Source: Tubiluchus corallicola (lineage: Eukaryota > Animalia > Priapulida). Taken from it: a DNA stretch of 64,000 nucleotides. The DNA is taken from positions 57,801 to 121,800 of the forward strand of contig JAQGDQ010002394.1 in NCBI GenBank assembly GCA_030141605.1, read 5' to 3'. The first letter of the stretch is position 1. The number at the start of each line of letters is the position of its first letter. Positions 57,950 through 64,000 of this stretch are shown here, in pieces. Under the pieces are notes generated by a model. It saw only the letters and a list, made by a program, of their open reading frames with translations. It was not told the origin of the DNA and searched no databases. The position numbers and the translations under genes were made by a program.

Positions 57950-60900
57950 ATGAAAAGAACTTTCATACTCTTTCTTTCCATTTTTCTATTAATAAATCGC
58001 TCCACTTTTCTATTAGCGAATGTCTCCACACAATTTCATCAATTTAAACATATCACGGTTGACAATGGACTTTCTAACAATAATGTTACAGGTATAATTC
58101 AAGATGATATAGGTTTTTTGTGGTTTGGAACAATAGATGGACTGAACAAGTATGATGGTCATAAAATTACTCATTATAATTTAACTGATAAAGACAGGAC
58201 TACATCAGTAGAGAATAGAATTAGGTGTCTTAAAAAAGACAAAAAAGGCAATATTTATGCGGGCAATAGCCTTGGGAAATTATATGTTTATGATGAAACT
58301 CAGGATGAGTTTAAACTTATATTTTCATTGACTACAAATATTGGACAACTAAAACAAAGTGCCATAAACTCAATCTCCTTTGATAGTAATAATGCAATAT
58401 GGCTATCATATTCGAGAACTATTGTTAAGTATGCAATAGATAAGGGAGAAGAACCAATTGTAATAAAAACAAAAAATAGTATTTTTCATACTTACCAAGA
58501 TTCTAGAGGAAATATATGGGTAGCAACTGAGGAGGGCTTGTGTGTAATGGACTCTGTTACTAATACCGTGAAACCTGTTGAGATAAATAACAGCAGATTC
58601 TCTAATGTTACAGTGCTTAAAATAGCGGAAGATCATAACGGCAATATGTGGTTTGGAACTTTTAGGTCAGGGGTTTTTGTGTATAATCCTAGAAATGCAT
58701 CAATTATTAATTTAGGAAAAAGGTATAGTACTCTTAGAAATTATCCTGTGTACGATATCGCCATACTGCAAAACAAAGATATAATTTTGGGAATAGATGG
58801 AAATGGAATATGGCAATTCAACAGTCAGTTAGAGTTAAAAGAAATTTATAAATTAGATGAGAATAGCAATAAGACTATAAACAATGATGGAGTAAGAAGT
58901 TTACTTGTTGATAATAAAAGTCGTTTGTGGATAGCTACTTGGGGAGGAGGGGTTAATTATTTTGACCCCAATTGGCATAATTTTCGCACCATAACTCACG
59001 TACCCAATAGCGAGGAAAGTTTGAGTAATAATACAGCCCGTTCTTTTATTGAGGATGATGAAGGCAATATGTGGTTTGGAACTAAAAAGGGGATAAGCAT
59101 AAGAACATCTAAGAGAAAATGGAAGCACATTAATGTAAGTAATGGCTTGTCTAATAACATTGTATTGTCCCTAGCCAAAGATAAAAAGGGCAATGTTTGG
59201 GCAGGAACGTTTGGAGGAGGGATAAATAAGATAGATACTCGTAGTGGAAAAATAATCCAATTCATTAAACAAGCAGGAGACAATAGCACATCTACCAATT
59301 TTATATATGCACTTTTTGTAGATAATAATGGAAATATTATAAGTGGAGGTATAAAGGGGCAGTTAAGTGTCTTTTCTCCCTCCGAAAATAAATCTCAACA
59401 AATACCTATATATGATGTTGTAAGCATTGTATATAAAAATAAAAAAGAACTATTGATAGGAACAATAGGGGATGGTGTGTACCTTTTAAATACTGAGACT
59501 TATAAATTCAAAAGAGTATGTAAGCAACTTGAAAGCGAAATAGCACGCAGTATTTTATACGATGAAATAAATAAAATAATGTGGGTAGGAACAGAAGGAA
59601 ACGGGCTTTTTAAAATTGATGAGAAGACAAATACAGTAAAACAGTTTAAAAAAAAAGATGGCTTACCTTCGAACATTGTATATGGAATACAAGCCAATAA
59701 CGACACTTGCTTATGGTTAAGCACTACAAGAGGGCTTTCTCATTTTGATATTAAAACTCAAACTTTTGAAAGCTATTATGTATCCGATGGACTTGAAAGT
59801 AATGAATTCAACTATGGGGCATCAGGAAAAACAAAAACGGGAGACTTAGTTTTTGGAGGAATTAAAGGATTTGTAGTTTTAAACTCTAATTCTATAAAGG
59901 ATAATAAACATAAGGAACTTCCTATTGTTTTGCTCTCTTTGAAAGTGTCAGGTAAAGAGGTCAGAGTAGGGGACGAGAGCAAAATACTGGAACAACATCT
60001 TAATAAAGCAAGGGAAATCACATTACAACACAATCAAAATTCCATTAGCATAGAATTTACTGCTCTCAATTACACCAATCCTCAAAAAACAAGTTACAAA
60101 TGGAAATTAACAGGATATGACGAGCATTGGGGCGAAAATTCTTATTCCAACATTGCAAATTACAATAAACTCCCAGCAGGGGAATACATTTTTATGGTGA
60201 GAGTTTGTGGTAGTGATAAAACAAGACAACTTAAAATAATTGTAAAGCCTATCTTTTGGGAGACAAAATGGGCGTATATGATTTACTTAATTATTTTGCT
60301 AATACTGATAATGGCTGCCTTACACTATTACAATTTGTATTTGAAAAGCAAACACTCCAAAGAGAAAGAGCAATTTTTCATTAATGTTGCCCACGATTTA
60401 AGAAATCCTTTAACACTCATTAAAATTGGCATAGAGAGTATTATTCCATCCCTTTTAAAGCAAAAAAAAGACAAGGAAAACTTCTCTGTCATCAAAGATA
60501 ATACTCAAAAATTAATCAAACTGGTAAATAACATCTTGGACTTTCAAAAGACAGATATAAATAAAGAAAAATTGCGAATTGAGTATCACGATTTTAACTT
60601 GTTTCTTGAAAACATAATACAAACTTTTAAACCTCTTATAGACCAGAGTAAATTAGACCTTAGAATAAAGCTTTCGAAAAAACATAATAAATTTTATTTT
60701 GATAAGGTGATATTGAGTAAGGTATTTAACAATCTTATTTCAAATGCGATTAAGTATAATAAAGTAGGGGGAAGGCTCACTGTAGTTACTGATTCACAGA
60801 GTAAATTCCTTAAAGTAAGCATACAGGACGAGGGAATGGGTATACCCAAAGAACAACACTCCAATATTTTCAAACGCTATTATAGAGCAGAAAATGCTAT

Positions 60901-61885
60901 TAATGCAAATATAACAGGCAGTGGAATAGGTTTGATGTTGTCTAAACAATTGATAGAACTACACCAAGGAAGCATTACATTTTACAGTAAAAAAGACAAG
61001 GGAACGAAATTTATAGTAACCCTACCCACAGACAAAAATAAGTTTAAAAAAGAGGAAATAATAGAACCATCCGCTTCTCCAAAAAAGGAAGAAAGACAAA
61101 ATACAGTTCTACCAAATGAAAGAAAGCAGGCAAAAATACTTATTGTTGAAGACAATAATGAGATAAGGAAACTACTAATCAATAAATTGAAAGAAACTTA
61201 TTTCGTAACAGCAATCACAAATGGAGAAGAAGCTCTTGCAAGAATAAACAAAGAAAATCCTGACATTGTAATATCTGATGTAATGATGCCCATAATGGAC
61301 GGCTTTACACTATGTAAAAAACTAAAAAGCAATCTTGCGACAAGTCATATCCCACTTATATTATTAACTGCATTGACAGCTACTGATTACAAAATAGAAG
61401 GTTTAAAATATGGTGCGGATGCCTACATAGAAAAGCCTTTTAGTTTAAAACATTTGGAAATACGAATAGAAAATCTTTTGAAAAAGAAAGAGCAACTAAA
61501 AAAACAGTTTTTCAAAGAAGACGAGCTGGAAACTTCAAAAAAAATAACTTCACAATTAGACAAAGAGTTCATAGAACAATTGATAGAAATTCTAAGCAAA
61601 AACTACAAGAAGGAAGGATTCTCTGTAGAGACCCTTGCTCAAGAAATAGGAATGAGTAGAACCTCTTTATACCTTAAAATTAAAGCTATAATAGGACAAA
61701 CACCTCAAAAACTCATTAAAATATATCGTCTCAAAAAAAGCAAAAAACTATTAAAAAGAAGTAGCCTTTCTATTAGTGAAATAGCTTATAATACCGGATT
61801 TTCTGACCCTAAATATTTCAGCACAGCATTCAGAAAACATTTTGGCAAAAGTCCTAATAATTATAAAATTAAGATAAAAAAATGA
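57950..61885 (+). CDS. Hybrid two-component sensor/regulator (HTCS)
   Basis: Beta-propeller repeats (GL.NN...D..G..WFGT), Y_Y_Y domain, TM, H-box NVAHDLRNPL, HATPase, receiver (VEDN, SDVMMP), AraC HTH (GFSDPKYFS..F.K.FG.SP). Confidence 0.95.
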   Translation: MKRTFILFLSIFLLINRSTFLLANVSTQFHQFKHITVDNGLSNNNVTGIIQDDIGFLWFGTIDGLNKYDGHKITHYNLTDKDRTTSVENRIRCLKKDKKGNIYAGNSLGKLYVYDETQDEFKLIFSLTTNIGQLKQSAINSISFDSNNAIWLSYSRTIVKYAIDKGEEPIVIKTKNSIFHTYQDSRGNIWVATEEGLCVMDSVTNTVKPVEINNSRFSNVTVLKIAEDHNGNMWFGTFRSGVFVYNPRNASIINLGKRYSTLRNYPVYDIAILQNKDIILGIDGNGIWQFNSQLELKEIYKLDENSNKTINNDGVRSLLVDNKSRLWIATWGGGVNYFDPNWHNFRTITHVPNSEESLSNNTARSFIEDDEGNMWFGTKKGISIRTSKRKWKHINVSNGLSNNIVLSLAKDKKGNVWAGTFGGGINKIDTRSGKIIQFIKQAGDNSTSTNFIYALFVDNNGNIISGGIKGQLSVFSPSENKSQQIPIYDVVSIVYKNKKELLIGTIGDGVYLLNTETYKFKRVCKQLESEIARSILYDEINKIMWVGTEGNGLFKIDEKTNTVKQFKKKDGLPSNIVYGIQANNDTCLWLSTTRGLSHFDIKTQTFESYYVSDGLESNEFNYGASGKTKTGDLVFGGIKGFVVLNSNSIKDNKHKELPIVLLSLKVSGKEVRVGDESKILEQHLNKAREITLQHNQNSISIEFTALNYTNPQKTSYKWKLTGYDEHWGENSYSNIANYNKLPAGEYIFMVRVCGSDKTRQLKIIVKPIFWETKWAYMIYLIILLILIMAALHYYNLYLKSKHSKEKEQFFINVAHDLRNPLTLIKIGIESIIPSLLKQKKDKENFSVIKDNTQKLIKLVNNILDFQKTDINKEKLRIEYHDFNLFLENIIQTFKPLIDQSKLDLRIKLSKKHNKFYFDKVILSKVFNNLISNAIKYNKVGGRLTVVTDSQSKFLKVSIQDEGMGIPKEQHSNIFKRYYRAENAINANITGSGIGLMLSKQLIELHQGSITFYSKKDKGTKFIVTLPTDKNKFKKEEIIEPSASPKKEERQNTVLPNERKQAKILIVEDNNEIRKLLINKLKETYFVTAITNGEEALARINKENPDIVISDVMMPIMDGFTLCKKLKSNLATSHIPLILLTALTATDYKIEGLKYGADAYIEKPFSLKHLEIRIENLLKKKEQLKKQFFKEDELETSKKITSQLDKEFIEQLIEILSKNYKKEGFSVETLAQEIGMSRTSLYLKIKAIIGQTPQKLIKIYRLKKSKKLLKRSSLSISEIAYNTGFSDPKYFSTAFRKHFGKSPNNYKIKIKK

Positions 61886-62029
61886 AGCTATGATATCTAA
61901 AATTGACAGGCAGGTTAACTATTTTTGAGAAACAGCGAAGACAGCTTTTAGTCTTTAAACTTGTCATAAGCTAATTTTTAAAAAAATAACTTCTTAATTC
62001 CTACGAAAAGGCAAATATAGCCTTGTAAA

Positions 62030-62062
62030 TAATCAAACCTTTTTTAACAGTAATTAAACCTT
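62030..62062 (+). promoter_or_regulatory. Candidate HTCS operator: 12-bp direct repeat with 21-bp period
   Basis: TAATCAAACCTT (62030-41) and TAATTAAACCTT (62051-62), upstream of TTTG-N21-AAATTTCG (62085-62117). Confidence 0.6.
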
Positions 62063-62132
62063 AGGTGTGTTCCTTTTAGCGTTATTTGAATTTTTATAAT
62101 AAGAAATATAAATTTCGCAAACAATTTAAACA

Positions 62133-63704
62133 ATGGTAATAAAAAGAATATTAAAGTTCTTCTGTATTTTATTAATTCTAATAAGCACATTCAGTTGTCG
62201 AGCTAAGAAGCAAGAAATACGCCCCAATATTATTTTCATAATGTCGGACGACCACACCCCACAAGCCATAGGGGCTTATGGGCATCAAATATCTACGCTT
62301 GCTCCCACTCCAAATATTGATAGGTTGGCACAAGAAGGAATGGTATTTCAAAATGCTTTTTGCACCAACTCTATTTGCGGACCTAGTAGAGCAGCTATAC
62401 TCACAGGTAAATACAGCCATAAAAACGAATATTATAAAAACGAAGGAGGTGGAGCTTTTAATGGCGACCAACTTACACTACCTAAAATATTACAGAAAAA
62501 CGGATACCAAACGGCTATATTTGGCAAATGGCATCTTGGTAGCATCCCCCAAGGCTTTGATAAATATAAGGTGCTTGTTGGACAAGGTTTGTACTACGAC
62601 CCCATTTATATAGAAGACGGGAAGCGTGTTAAAGAAAAAGGCTATGTAGATGATTTGTCGGCTGACTATACGATGGAATGGATTGAAAATAGAGACAAAA
62701 ACAAGCCTTTCTTTGTTTGCTATCAACCCAAATCGCCACATAGGAACTGGTTTCCTGCCGAAAGGAACAAAAACCTTTTCAATGATTTTGATTTCTCCAC
62801 ACCTGATAATTTTAATGACGACTATGCTACAAGAGTGGCTGCTAGTAAAAATGCGATGGAAATAGAAAATCATATGAACCGTAAGGATTTGAAAGTACCT
62901 CCCCCTCCGGATTTAACAGAGGAAGAACTAGCGGAATGGCATAGATATGGAAATAATGGCGAGTTTTGGACACCTCACGATAGCCTGCAAGGAGAAGCTT
63001 TAAAATATTGGAAATTTCAACAATATATCAAGGATTATTTACGATGTGCAAAAGGGGTAGATGACAATGTAGGGCGTATTTTGGATTATTTAGAAGAAAA
63101 AGGTTTGACAGAGAATACCATAGTAATTTATACATCCGACCAAGGTTTTTACCTTGGAGAACACGGCTGGTTTGATAAACGGTGGATGTATGAAGAATCA
63201 TTTAAAATGCCGTTTTTAATCAAATACCCTAAAAAGATTAAACCCAATAGCGTAGTGGAGCAAATGATAATGAATATTGATTTTGCCCCAACCCTTTTGG
63301 ATATGGCAAACTGTGAAATACCTGAGGAAATACAAGGAAGCAGTTTTAAAGAAATATTACAAAAAGGAAAGGCAAAAAAATGGAGAGATGCTGTGTATTA
63401 TCATTACTACGAGTATCCTTTCTGGCATAATGTAGAGCCTCACTACGGGGTAAGAGATGATAGGTATAAGTTAATTCATTATTATTATACGATGGACAAT
63501 TGGGAACTCTTTGACTTAGAAGAAGACCCACAGGAAATGAACAATGTTTACAACAATCCTGAATATGCAGAGGTAGTAAAAAGAATGAAAAAGAAGTTAA
63601 AAGAACAACAAGAGCTATATGAAGATACAGCACCTATCGAAGAGATGAAAGAAATTACTGCTAAAATGTTAAAGGATACAAACGTTGGACATAACATAAA
63701 ATAA
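62133..63704 (+). CDS. Cys-type S1 sulfatase lipoprotein (S1_11-like, GlcNAc-6-sulfatase-like)
   Basis: Lipobox TFSC, RPNIIFIMSDDH, TNSICGPSRA, GKWHL, YTSDQGFYLGEHGWFDKR, YYHYYE. Confidence 0.88.
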   Translation: MVIKRILKFFCILLILISTFSCRAKKQEIRPNIIFIMSDDHTPQAIGAYGHQISTLAPTPNIDRLAQEGMVFQNAFCTNSICGPSRAAILTGKYSHKNEYYKNEGGGAFNGDQLTLPKILQKNGYQTAIFGKWHLGSIPQGFDKYKVLVGQGLYYDPIYIEDGKRVKEKGYVDDLSADYTMEWIENRDKNKPFFVCYQPKSPHRNWFPAERNKNLFNDFDFSTPDNFNDDYATRVAASKNAMEIENHMNRKDLKVPPPPDLTEEELAEWHRYGNNGEFWTPHDSLQGEALKYWKFQQYIKDYLRCAKGVDDNVGRILDYLEEKGLTENTIVIYTSDQGFYLGEHGWFDKRWMYEESFKMPFLIKYPKKIKPNSVVEQMIMNIDFAPTLLDMANCEIPEEIQGSSFKEILQKGKAKKWRDAVYYHYYEYPFWHNVEPHYGVRDDRYKLIHYYYTMDNWELFDLEEDPQEMNNVYNNPEYAEVVKRMKKKLKEQQELYEDTAPIEEMKEITAKMLKDTNVGHNIK

Positions 63705-63775
63705 ATAAGGGAATGGCTAATAGTATATACTATTTCCTGCTAACAGGTAATATGTCACTATAAATAATAAATTAT

Positions 63776-64000
63776 ATGAAAATAGTAAGCACACTACTCT
63801 TAACATTTATACTTGTCCTTAAAATATCTTCCCAAGAAAAACTCAATGTTCTGTTCATCGCCATAGACGACCTTAAACCACTCATTAATGTTTATGGAGC
63901 AAAACATATAACTACCCCAGCAATGGATAAATTGGCAGAGGAAGGAACTACATTTACCAACAATCACTGCCAGCAAGCTGTATGCGGCCCTTCAAGAGCA
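63776..64000 (+). CDS. Second Cys-type sulfatase (iduronate-2-sulfatase-like, S1_7-like), partial at the window edge and absent from the ORF track
   Basis: [35 protein letters not shown]...[25 protein letters not shown]. Confidence 0.88.
   Translation, partial: MKIVSTLLLTFILVLKISSQEKLNVLFIAIDDLKPLINVYGAKHITTPAMDKLAEEGTTFTNNHCQQAVCGPSRA

Overview
AT-rich chromosomal window from a Bacteroidota bacterium, probably Bacteroidales/Marinilabiliales-like. This is inferred from TAnnTTTG promoters, no Shine-Dalgarno sites, porQ, gldF/gldG, an HTCS and Q-rule signal peptides. It is mostly core housekeeping DNA: fab genes, F0F1 ATP synthase genes, cysS, glnS, mfd, mnmA, rsmA, glmM, lpxB, a Phe/Tyr biosynthesis operon, sucC and tRNA-Ile2(CAT). 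It ends at the start of an HTCS-regulated sulfatase locus. No mobile elements, phage genes or CRISPR arrays were seen. Main observations: (1) an unannotated, structurally complete ribosome-dependent attenuator with a YYFYF leader peptide upstream of pheA-aminotransferase-tyrA-DAHPS/CM, which should sense Tyr and Phe together; (2) an ECF sigma / anti-sigma / CnrX-like sensor / Met-rich Spy-like module carrying two copies of a candidate cognate promoter, AAGG-N13-TACGTCMAACT; (3) ATP synthase genes split into three units interleaved with fab genes and glmM, together with other orphaned operon partners and kb-scale oscillating GC skew; (4) a PPIase-like lipoprotein gene broken at an A9 run, a DUF2490 pseudogene, and a pyrE with a degenerate PRPP motif; (5) a bCerS/YghO-family acyltransferase heading an envelope-chaperone operon; (6) a direct repeat with 21-bp spacing that is a candidate HTCS operator. 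All functional calls come from motif recognition by eye; no searches were run.
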